Assembly: GCA_037447605.1 (NCBI GenBank)
Contig: CM074813.1
Span: 1,922,001 to 1,986,000 of the forward strand
DNA length: 64,000 nt
Source of the DNA: Zygnema circumcarinatum SAG 698-1b
Taxonomy: Eukaryota > Plantae > Zygnematophyceae
Direction of reading: 5' to 3'
In this document: positions 1 through 11,506 of the stretch, one piece after another
Numbering within the stretch: the first letter of the stretch is position 1
How the letters are laid out: every line of letters starts with the position of its first letter
Notes under the pieces: model-generated
The model's database searches: none
Seen by the model: the letters and a program-made list of their open reading frames with translations, nothing else
What the model was told of the DNA's origin: nothing
Made by a program: the position numbers and the translations under genes

Positions 1-177
1 TGATGCATTCCATGCTCACTGATCCTCCTGGTTGGCAAAAAAAACTACTCGGTCATCGTCAAGTTTACACGTTGTGGCCCTCGGAGTCGACTAAAGACGA
101 CTTCAACAATTAGCTGGTCAATTTTTTTCCGACCTAGGGTACTGTACTTTGAAATATATTACCGTACACATTTTCTT

Positions 178-1538
178 GCTTTGGCTGCCCCAACCGTGAA
201 GCAAACGTCCGCGATTGGGCATGCGTCGTCCGGGCAGCTAAAGGTTTGGTCGAGGGCAGCCCTAAACTGTTTTTGGCTGCCCTGTCCTCGAAGAAAACGT
301 CCGCGATTGGGCGAGCGGCGGCCGGGCAAGCTGAAATTCTTTCTGGTCCTCCGTCGCCGCGATTCCGATCAGGTGCAGCCCCCCTACGGCGCGTCCCGTC
401 ACGTCGCGCGCACGGTACGGCAGCATTCCCCCACGGCAGTGGCGCCACCTGTCCGTCCTTACAGTCTTATCCACAGGGGAGATAAGGTAGGCGCGCGGCC
501 CGCCATTTTGGGCCACACCTTTCTCTTCCGGGCAGCTCGCTGCCAAACTTGAGCTGCCCGGCCGACGCTCGCCCAATCGCGGACGCTTGCCTCGCGTACC
601 TGCAATACGTTTGCTCTGCCGGGGGCCTTCCCCAAGGCCTCGCTCCGCGGTCCGGGCTGTCATGTCTCCCTCCCTCCTTCACCGACCACCCGCTCTCACT
701 TGCTCTCTCGCATTCTCGCTCTCTGTCTCACTCTCCCTCTCTCCTCTCTCTCACTCTCTCTCTCCTCCAACTCATCCATGGACGTGGCAGCACTCTCTCT
801 CTCCTCCAACTCATCCATGGACGTGCCAGGTGCTGCCAAGGCGGCAGTTTTCTGCGCTTTCTGGCTGCAGTTGATGCAGCTGCTGGTAGCGGCGTTGGGT
901 GGCGGGCTGAAGGCTGTTGCAGCCGCCCACCCGCACCTGGAAGACCTTTTTTTTTTCCGTCGTCGGCATGCGCTGGCTGTCATGGTGGTGCTTGGATACA
1001 GCGGCAGCCCGCCACCCAACGCCGCTGCGAGCAGCTGCATACAGCCAGCCAGAAGGTGCAGAAAGCTGCCGCCTTGGCAGCACCTGGTATGGCCATGGAT
1101 GAGCAGGAGGAGAGAGAGAGTGAAGAGAGAGGGAGAGTGAGACAGAGAGTGAGTGAGAGCGGGTGGTCGGTGAGGAAGGGAGGGAGACATGACAGCCCGG
1201 ACCCGAGGCCCGAGGCCTTGGGGAGGGCCAGCTCAAGTTTGGCAGCGAGAGCTGCCCGGAAGAGAAAGGTGTGGCCCAAAATGGCGGGCCGCGCGCCTAC
1301 CTTATCTCCCCTGTGGATAAGAAGACTGTAAGGACAAACAGGTGGCGCCAACGGCACTGCCGTTGGGGAATGCTGCCGTACCGTGTGCGCGACGTGATGG
1401 GACGCTCCGTAGGGGCTGCACCTGATCAGAATCAGAAACCAGAAACCAGAAAGAACTAGAAAGAATTTCAGATGCCCGGCCGACGCTCGCCCAATCGCGG
1501 ACGTTTGCTTCGAGGACAGGGCAAAAGTGAGCCAAAAG
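178..1538. mobile_element. Foldback (long inverted-repeat) element, non-coding, MITE/FB-like
   Basis: ~270-915 is the reverse complement of ~1005-1538 (e.g. AAGGTAGGCGCGCGGCCCGCCATTTTGGGCCACACCTTTCTCTTCCGGGCAGCTC at ~485-538 vs GAGCTGCCCGGAAGAGAAAGGTGTGGCCCAAAATGGCGGGCCGCGCGCCTACCTT at ~1249-1303). Extra copies of the ACGTCCGCGATTGGGC subrepeat lie at ~205 (direct) and ~570 (inverted). No TSD or transposase seen. Confidence 0.75.
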
Positions 1539-2351
1539 GCATTCCGTGAGCCACAGTACAGCCGCCGTGGTCCTTGAGGGGAAAATGCAAGTGGGAGGAA
1601 ATTTGCACAACTTCTCTAATTGGAAAAGGAAACAGGGAAGCGACTTGCAAGAATGGGTTACTATCCATGAAAGGCTGAACTTGGGATTTCGAGGTGAGCA
1701 AGGCGGCCTTAGCGTGAATCGGTTCTTTTGCGCCAGTGACTTGGCCGCTTGGACAAATCGCTGCAAGTCTAGTAAAAGCCTTTCCATCCGATGTGTACGA
1801 ATCCGAGAGGAGTTTTTTTTGCCATCTAAGGATCTCTTACATGATGCATAGTTTTTGTTTTGAATTGAAGCACAAAGTGACAATTGTTACGCTCTGTAAC
1901 GGTCCATAGTCCTTGAGTCCACGTAGTAGAATAATTGTGTCAGAAATTGCCAACTGGAATTTTGTTGCCTTAAAAGGCTGTCCTTTTGATGAAAAAAGGG
2001 TTTTTTTCTATTATATGACTCTCTCTTTGTGCCTTTTTTTTGCAGCACTATTTTGGTATGTTCATGCTACTATTGCGTGCAGAATTTGCTCTAGTGCTAG
2101 CTCGCAATAACATGAGTTCCTCATCCTTCGATACAGCAGCTATTTAACATCGTATTCATATCTTCTTAGCCTTAGCTTTGAGCCTCTCTTTCCACCCACA
2201 CTGTTACTTATCAAGGAAAAGGTTCCAAGCAGGGGTCTCAAGAGCAACCAGCAACCCTCTACCTGTGTTCTTAGCACATTCTGTGAAATGAAAACATGCC
2301 TTTAACATTTCCCCCTTTCCCCCTCTCTCTCTCTCGCTTTTTCCCCCTCTC

Positions 2352-2650
2352 AATGGTTGCAACCATTGACTGGCTTCCCAGCCAACCATTGCCAATAACT
2401 GCAACCATTGGACCATTGATTCCCTCCCCCCACCCAATCATTGGCAATGGTTGCAACCATTGGCTGGCTTCCAAGCCAACCGTTGCTAGTAACTGCAACC
2501 ATTGGACCATTGATTCCCGCTCCACCCAACCATTGCCAATGGTTGCGACCATTGGCTGGCTTCCCAGCCAACCATTGCCAATTACTGCAACTATTGGACC
2601 GTTGAATTCCCGCCCCACCCAACCATTGCCAATGGTTCCAACCAGCAACT
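2352..2650. repeat. Tandem repeat, 3 copies of a ~93 bp unit rich in AACCATTG/CAATGGTT
   Basis: Units start at ~2352, ~2446 and ~2538 (AATGGTTGCAACCATTGGCTGGCTTCCCAGCCAACCATTGCC...). Confidence 0.85.
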
Positions 2651-3177
2651 GAGCTGGAAAACTTAGTGAGTTGATTAACTTTAAAAAGAATCTTGAATTT
2701 TTGATTTTCTGAATTGTCGTGTTGTCGAGTCCTTTCCAGTCCTATAACGCGATTGGTTATTTCCTTGATCCTTCTTTGTATTCACTGTTTGCTTTGCTCG
2801 TGCATGATTTGAAGTTTTTGTTCCAAAGTGGAACTCAAAAGTGAACACAACTCACGAGACTTGTTCATATAAAGCAGGAAAATGCTTGGGATTCAGGCGC
2901 AACTGAAGAAAACTATGGGACGAATTTCAGATTTCGTCATTGCTTACATTTTAACTTGACAGAGGGACAACTGAAGGAATGTACATGTAACTCTACAAAA
3001 CTTAAAGTGCAAAAATAAATGAAAAAATGTTTACAATACTCTGGTCAGGTCAGGATTGTGACTCTTCAGTCAGTTCCCACGTTAGTCCATTCTCCGACCG
3101 TTGTCGTTATTCATTTTCCTGACCTGTCAAAAATGATGCCATTCTTCCAAGAATGGTCCCTAAGTGGCGCATGATGG

Positions 3178-5359
3178 TCAGTCGCTGAGTGCCGACGTTG
3201 GGAGCGCCACCGACCATCCCTTTTCGTCAATCTGCGGTGAGTCGAGTCGAGTCAAGTAAAATAAATAAAAGTAAAATTAAAATCAAGTCAAGTTAAATAA
3301 AAGTAAAATAAAGTCAAGTCAAGTCAAGCCGAGTCAATGGGCCAGAGCTGCATCCAACCAGAGAGACATACCAGTCTCAAAAGGTGAGAGAGTGTGCTCG
3401 ATGACGAAAGAGTTGACCTCGACCCGATGAGAATGAGCTTCTTCTGAACATGCCGCGCACCCAACCCCGCCCCATTCAAAAAGGAAAGAATCAGCACTTA
3501 GCCATTGAGGACGGTCAGAAGTGGTTCGGTTCACAACCAACCGATTTTTAGCTTAGCGAGTTTGTATATTTTTGGAGGCAATGATGAAAAGTAGGAGCCG
3601 CTTCCAGCAACGGTCCTGTCTCCAAGAGGGAGGGAGGGAGGGAGGGAAAGAACGAGGGCGTTACGCACCGCCGCTCGAGTAAGCGCCACATTCAAGCGCT
3701 GTAAATCCGCCACGTGGCGCTCAGAGATCCTTTTCTCTTCATTTGAGCTCACGAAGGACAAAAAAATGCAATCTTTGTCTCGTCCCTGCATGCATTCCAA
3801 CGTGCCATTGCAGAGAATCTGATCAACAAAAGGAAGGCGCTGCCGTCTGCCTTGGTCGCCAACAGGTTCAATGTATCTGGTCGTGAACCGAACGAAAGCA
3901 GTCGGTCCGTGCAGTAGTGCCCCTACCTGAAACCTGTCCACCGTGTCCACCTCGAGCCCTTCAAGGCCCCTCTCCTCCTTCAGTCGCCGCAAGAGCCGAA
4001 CTTGCGCTCCGTACGGCGACATGGCCCCTAGACTCCCCTTCACGCCACCGGCTACAAGGGTCTCGGCTATCTGTATTAAAAAAAGAAAGGAATGAAAATG
4101 GGTTAAACTTCAAAATAGTTTAAGCGAATAGACAAACATGAAGGCGGAAGTTAAAGCATTTTTTCCTTTTTCTGAAACGCATCAGAAGGTCAATTTTTGC
4201 GGTTCGTACGCGGATAAGGAGGGCCGCTTCCCCTGCATTGTGTCGATTTCCCTGTAGGCGCGTTTCCGTTGCTGGTAAAGCATCTGAAAAAATACCCAAA
4301 AAAAAAAAAAAAAGGTGAATTCATTTAAGAAGCAAACATTCATGCCTTTCTGGACCCATTTGATTCTGAATATCGCACTTTGTGGTTTCCGTTTGACTAA
4401 AGAACTAAGGGCAATCAGCTCACCGGTATCGAGGAATATTACTCGATTTTTTGGTTCAACCACCTGCAGACAATAGGTATCGTTGTAGAGTTTCAGTATT
4501 ATCACAGCTTTGAACATTGGCAGGTTGAAGTCTACAGTAAAGTCAGTGCCAGTTTCAGAACAACAGTTTTCACTTTGAAGAACATGGAGGCAGAGGAAGC
4601 AATAGGAAAGAAGGATAAAAGGAGTGGGGGGGGGGGGGGGGGGGGGGGNNNNNNNNNNGTGATGGAGAGGATGGGGGAGAGGGCGAGAGAGAGGGTGCGG
4701 GGTGAGAGAGAGGATAGAGAGTGTGAGAGAGAGGGAGGGGTGGGCGAGGGGGAGGGTGAGAAAGGGGTTGAGAGGAGGTGAGAGAGAGGATGAGGAAGAG
4801 GGTGAGAACGCGGGTGAGAGAGTGGGTGAGCGATTGAGGGTGAGGGAAAGGGTGATGGAGAGGATGGGGGAGGGGTGAGAGAGAGGATAGAGAGGGTGAG
4901 AGAGGGGGGTGGGGTGGGTGAGGGGGAGAACAAGAGAGAGAAGGGTTAAGAGGAGGTGAGAGAGAGGGTTGGGTGGGTGAGGGGGAGAGTGCGAGAGAAA
5001 AGGGTTGAGAGGAGGTGAGAGGGAGGATGAGGAAGAGGGTGAAATAGCGGGTGAGGGAGAGGCTGAGAGATTGAGGGTGACGGAGAGGGTGAGGGGGAGA
5101 GGTGAAGGAGAGAGGATGAAGGAGAGAGATGAGGGAGGGAGGGTGAGGGCGAGGGAGGAGAGCCCTGAAAGCGAGCTCCCTTACATGGAGCAGCCAGTAC
5201 GGCAGCCGCCCGGCCGCTTTCCCGTCCCGCAGCTCACTGAGCCCTGCCACGTGGAGGCAGGCGGTCGCGACAGCTGGCGATGCGCAGGAGAGCCGGCCGC
5301 CATAGACAAGCTCGTTGCTGAGCAGCATGACGTCAGCACACATGCGGAACTGCAGTCCA

Positions 5360-5391
<32 letters not shown>

Positions 5392-8300
5392 AAAACACAC
5401 ACACATGGCACACGTAAAACGCATTTTCAGAACTGTACCGGTACTCACAATGGACATGGAGCACAGGAGCATCTACTGAAGAAGGAGCCCTATTTCGAGT
5501 CAGCCCCTTTTCTTTCTTTAAGAGTTTTTTGGGAGCTTTTCTAATTGCATGGCTTTAGGGCTGAGTCAGCTGCTGCTGGGCCACCTGGCAGCGCAGGGCG
5601 CTGACAGCTGTCGGATGCGCATTTGCAAGCCGCGAGAAGAGGCTCTCAGCCATTCCGCCTGCTCGGGCCGCCTCGCTCTGCTAAAGGGAGTGAGCAAGCT
5701 TGTTTAAATAGAAAGATGAACGAAAATGCAAAGGAGAGGAACAAACAAGCTGTTGTGACGCTGCTGAAAGCCACTCCTACCATCTGTTCAGTCAGTAACT
5801 TGTAGCATACAATGTTTCTCTCACTTTACTGTCCTTTTCCATTCATCCAGCCCTCTCCCTCTCCCTCCTCCGTCCTCCCTCTTCACTGCTTCCGCTTCCC
5901 TCCCAACTCCCTATCCCACTCCACCCTGAATGTCTTTGTTCTGGTGACGTACCTATAACATAAAACGCTCTCTCTTACTCTTTCTCTCTCTCTCTCTCCC
6001 CCCTCTCTCTCTTTCTCTCTTTCTCTAGCTCTCTCGCTCTCGCTCTCTCTCTCTCTCTTTCTCTCTCTGTTCACATGAGGCACAAGGGAGGGGTCGAAAG
6101 TAGTACTTTAACCAGAGGAGGGAGCTGGTGGGGGTCCCCAACGAGCACGAACGTCCGCGCACAGCGCAACGGGCCGAGGCACACCTGCGAGGGGTCGGGA
6201 CTCGCTGTGAGCACAGCCCTAGGACGCTTACGAATCCCATGCGCACTCAGTGGGACCTTCTCGTACCCTCTCCCGCCCCCTCTCTCTATATCACTCTGCC
6301 TATGGCTCTCACCTCCCCCCTCCGCCGGGGTCTCTGCGTCTCCATTTCCTCTCCCCTCCTCTACCCTATCCAATTTCTATTTCCCCTCGCATTCCCTCTC
6401 CACTCTCCCCCTTTCCCTTACCCCCTCCCTCCCTATCTTTTGCCATCCCGATTCCCCTCCCGCTCTCCTTCCCACTCCCTCTCCCTGTCTCTCTACCTCA
6501 CACACTCACTCTCCCTCCCCTCCCTCTCCCCTCTCTCACCGGCAGCGTGACCTGCCCTGCCTCGTCCACAATGCACATGTCGAAGCGCTTGCGGGCGAGC
6601 AGTCCTCCACTCGCCGCGAGACACGTGGCGCCCACCACTTGCGCCGCCGCCACCTCCCGCGCTATCTCCGCCGTCGAGCCAACCCTCCTGCCTGCGCCCA
6701 CTCCCGCACGCGGCTGCTGGGAAGGGGGAGAGAGAGAGAAGAGAGAGGAGAGAGAGGAGAGAGAGAGAGAGGAGAAAGAGAGGAGAGAATGGAGAGACAG
6801 CGGAGAGGGGGGAGCGGCGGGAGAGGCAGCGGCTGGGCAGAAAATCACCTTCACCGAAAAGAGTGTACGGCAAAATGCCCGGGTGCACCGCATCCGTCCT
6901 TCCGACTCGCAGAAATTGAACTCCCTGTGACAATAGAGAGACTGCGCCTTGCTCAACCTTTTAAGGAGCAGTAGTCACATTCAAATTTCTGCTTTCCTTT
7001 GTGAGAATTCCGTACAACTCGAAGCCCGTCAATTCCTCTAAACACCCGAAACTCGAAACTCGTAACAGAAGGACGTGTTAGTTTTCTTCCGACCTCTTTC
7101 AGGAGCTTGAGAAGAACATTGTCGACTGCGGAATTCGTGTACGAAGTGAGCAGTACGGATTTTCCCTCCGCGACTAATTTTTTCACCGCCTGCACAATGG
7201 TCGACGTTTTTCCGCTGCCCGGCATTCCCAAAATTAGGGCGTAGTCCTCCGCGGAAAGCATCTGTTCAGGACCTCCGAATAAGAAAAATGTTAACCGAGA
7301 GGCTAAGGGTAAAAAAAAAAAAAAAAAAATGAAAAAAAAAAATGTACATCAGAACATTTAAATTTCTAAATTTCTAGTTTTTCCTTTTTGTCTTTACCTT
7401 CTTGACGGCTTGCTTCTGGTCTTCATTCAAATGAGCATCTGCCGGATCGCTGCTTTCTGGGCAAGAAATACCGAAAGACGGAGCCTGGAAAAACCTCCAA
7501 ATGGAAAATGACATCAAATCAAATGGTCAAAAAAGAGCGTCTACGCCCTCACAGCCTAGCTTTCCCTCCGTAAGAAATAAAATCTCTGCAGTATTCATAA
7601 AGAGACTAAAAAAGGGGGGGGGGGGAAGGGGTGGGGGAGGAAACCACTAGAAGAAAGCAACAGTCTTCACCTCAAGATCAACCATCAATCGCCGCCTTCT
7701 CGTGTCAGCATTCTCCCTCCCAAAAAGTTGCATCAAGTTTGATCTGCCGCTCCCAAGACAACAAAAGGGAAAAAGTTGGAAAAAAAAAAAACAATTCATA
7801 CCCTCCAGCCCTTTCTCGACAATCAAATGGTTGATATTTTTTTTTTTGAAGTATCGAGAAAACAAGGGGGAAACCCCTCATTTCTTCAGAAGATTGGAGT
7901 CCTTTTTTTCCGATCGCACGAGACTGACCGCATTTGCGCCCCAATCGATGCGCTTTCATCTTTGTCGAACCTCCACACCTCGGCCCACAGCCTATCAGAA
8001 CTTGACACGTGGCGATTTCCGTGCAGTTGCAGTCGACGAGGAAGTGACACCTGTCCAGAAAGCCGAACAAGGAAAGGAGTTCCTTCAACTTCAGCACCTT
8101 CCTTAACATGTACAGATCCCAAAAAAATGAAAATAGAAAGAAGATAATTGTTTGCTATAGAGGTCATCAGGTTTTAGTTTGGATTTTATTCGTCGCTCGT
8201 TAAATCTTTGCCCCCGAAACAAGGCTCCCCTTTCACTTCACAAAGCAAAAGAAAAAAAAAGTTCCCAGGAACTCACCTTCAGAAAATCGGCAGAAATCTC

Positions 8301-11300
8301 CTCAATTATGCAGTTGGTTGAGACTGCCACGTGGCCAGACTCAGTGCTTAACACCTGCATACGCATTCAGATCCAAGGTCCAATGCTTTAACTTACTTGG
8401 GTTCAGAAACGTTGTAAAGCAGTCATCAATTCCTAGGCTTCAGAGCTTTCAACGTTTGACTGATTCCATGGTTTCCGATTCAAGCTCTTGAAAGCTGTCC
8501 ATTTGCCTGCTGCTGCTGCTGTTCAAGGTTTCACGACCACATGCATTCAAAAGTTTTCTTTCATTTCATTTTTATTTCATTCCATGTTCAGTGAGTTGAG
8601 AACATCCCAGCGGCGGCCCCCACCCCTCTCTCGCCCCTCCCCATCGCCGTCTCCACAGGGCTCGCCCCGCGCCGCCGAAACGTGTACGTGAATTTTCCCC
8701 CCGAAATTTTGCCTTCGCCTTCGGGCTGCCCGCGTGTCACGTCACAGCTCTCCAGCAGCATGCCGCCGATGCAGAGGCCCTCCCTCTCCCGCGCGCTGCT
8801 CTCCACCGCCCAAATGCCTCTCCGCCTCTCCTGCACGCAGCGCCGCCCTCCCACTCTCGAACGTTACCGACCTCCCGCCTCTCTCTCCCTCACTTGTCAA
8901 TTCTCTCGCACCTTTCCCATCCCTATCTCTCACTCTCTCTCCCTCTCTCTCTCTCTCTTTTACCCTCCCCCTCGCGTCCTCACATAACCTCCCTCGTTCC
9001 TCTCCCACCCCCACCTCTATGGCCCCCATCTCGAGGTCGATGAGGCGGTTCCATCGCCTGAGAAAGTCCCCCTCGCCTTCCGAGAGGTGCCCGGTTCGAT
9101 CCGCGAAGACCTCGCCCAGGCCGCTGCTCTCCTCTGTGCCGCCCTCCACCGCCTGCACGCTCCTCGCCCCAACTCGCTCCTTCAACAGAGGAGCCATTTT
9201 GGGCATTTTCTTTTTTTTGAATGGTTTATTTTTTATGAATAAGCACGAGCTTATTGATTACAGCTGTACAACAATCTAATGTCGTTCTTTAGTTTGTGTT
9301 TAGACCGTAATCTGATCTTAGCAGCACAGATGATGTGAGATTAGCCGCTCGCCACCTTGTGGTACAGGGCGCACGAGTCGAGCTGGTAGCAGTTACGACA
9401 TATGTGAGCGCTCTGCATAATTTAACTCGCGAACAGACATTGTAAGTTTCCCTCGTTGACTGGAGTCATCTGGTTTAGAGAGGGGGAGGGAGAAGAAAAG
9501 ACGAGAGAGGAGGTGGGGGAGGAGAGGAGTGAGGGACTGAGGAGAGCACAGGAGGCAGAGAGGAGAAAAGGACAGAGGCAGAGCCAGGTCGAATTGTCAG
9601 CAGCTGATGAGACCAAGTCAAACTCATTTGCCTTCAACCACTAATACAAGTCACTCTTTCAATTCATTACTCCCCTCTGCCCAGCCCCCCCCTCCCCCAC
9701 CTTGAGCATGGCCGGCAGGCGCTGCGTGGCGGCCGCCTGAAGGAGGCTCTGCGCGTGCTCGTTGCGGCGCGCGAGGATGCCCGCCACCTCGCTGCGCGCC
9801 GCCTCCACGCCCTGCACGCACAGGGGGGGGGGCATGGGGACATGGGGCATGCGGGGATGTGGGGATGTGGGGATGTGGGAATGTGGGCATGTGGGCATGT
9901 GGGGAGAAAAGAGTTCCCCCTTTCCAACCCTTCTGCATGAAGGGGAAGGGAGGCGGCGCATGCCTGCGTGCGGCCCGGCTGGAGGTAGTGCAGGAGCCCG
10001 CTGCCCGGCTCCGCCTCGTAGCGCTCCGCCACCAGCAGAGTGTACAGGATCACCTGCGCGCGGTGCTCTATGGCGGCCTGCATCCCATCAGACCGCTGTC
10101 ACATTCTCTCCTTTCTATCTTCCTCCCTCTCGTCCCTTTTGCCCCTTCAATCCTCCCCCCGTCCATTGCTCTCTACTATATTTCGCATCCCACTCCTTCC
10201 TCCGCCCTCCTCCCGTTTTCCTAATCTCACCACTCTCCTCTCCGTCCCAGCTCTCCCCTCCCTTTCATCCCGCTCCCTCCGCACTCTCCTATTTCCTCTC
10301 CTCCGCCGTACATTCCCTCCGTCCCCATTTCCCCCTCTCCATCTCCCTCCTCCCCTTTGTCTCCACCTCTCTCCTCGTTCTCTCCTACTTCATCCTCTCT
10401 CTCTTCTTGGTCCCTCTGAAATCCTTCCCTTTCCCAACATACGCTCCCACTCTCACCTGTCCAGTCGTTGCCTTTCCGGTTTTGAGTTCAAGCGGCACAA
10501 TGGCGTCCACTGGCTCTGCAGACTCTGTGCCAATTTGGGTTCCGAATTTCGAATGTTTTCTGCGAATTTTCACTCTTGCTGTCACATCGATCATGCCCTT
10601 CAGACCGTAGCGCGGAGACCAGACCGACTCCTCGATGTCCACCACCTGATTCCCCTCAAGCCCTCGTCATAATGCCATCACTCCATCATCTTAAAAATTA
10701 AAGTAAAATAGTTGAAGTTCAAGATAAAGGTAATGCGCCTTAATCAGCTTGAAATTCACTCATCTTTCATCATTTTAGTGGTGAAACTTAGCCCGATTAC
10801 CTTAATCATTATCTGTCAACCTCGCCCTTAAGTCTACCTTCATCTCAGATCTTGAATCTCATTGTCCGATCAGTTCTCACCTCTGCAACAGCGACAGAGG
10901 CGGAGTTTCCATTCCATCCAAACTCCACATTTGGAGTTTTCGGCACCTGCAAGGCATGCGTGTTTCAGGACAATAAAAAAATATCTCTACTCTGTTCCCA
11001 ATCACAAAAATGAAATCAGCGCTCGCGCTCTATGAGCATAGCGAAATCACTAGAAAATTTTATGTGAAAACATCGCACCTCCTTCGTTAAGAACCCGTGG
11101 ACCCATTCCAGAATCTTCGGAATGTTCTCCTGTAAATGTTTATACACCGAGCTCTCCTCCACTGAAACAGCACCCAGATATCCCCCTCTAGTCCGATGAA
11201 AAGATGATTGGTTTTTACGACCGTGAGAAGTTACGTGACGGGATTGCTCTTCTCGAATTAAAAAATGACCTCTGCTAAAAAAAAATTATGCTTCTGAAGT

Positions 11301-11439
11301 CCAAGTGGGAACCTACGCTGCTTTCACCTTTGCAGGGAAGAAAAATGAAAGGGCTTCAAGCAAGAAGGGTTTCTGATTCCAACGGCCACACTTCATTCCT
11401 GGAAATGTGAATGGAGGGAAAGAGAAGTGGTCACGACGG

Positions 11440-11506
<67 letters not shown>

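Noticed and set aside
2352-2650. Possible CRISPR-like array
   Set aside because: Eukaryotic context, units lack unique spacers, and no cas genes.
4625-4658. Poly-G/C tracts with 10-N gaps (also ~17165-17225, 20532, 30117, 54603-54670)
   Set aside because: Assembly gaps at homopolymer or low-complexity tracts; true length unknown, so no claim is made.
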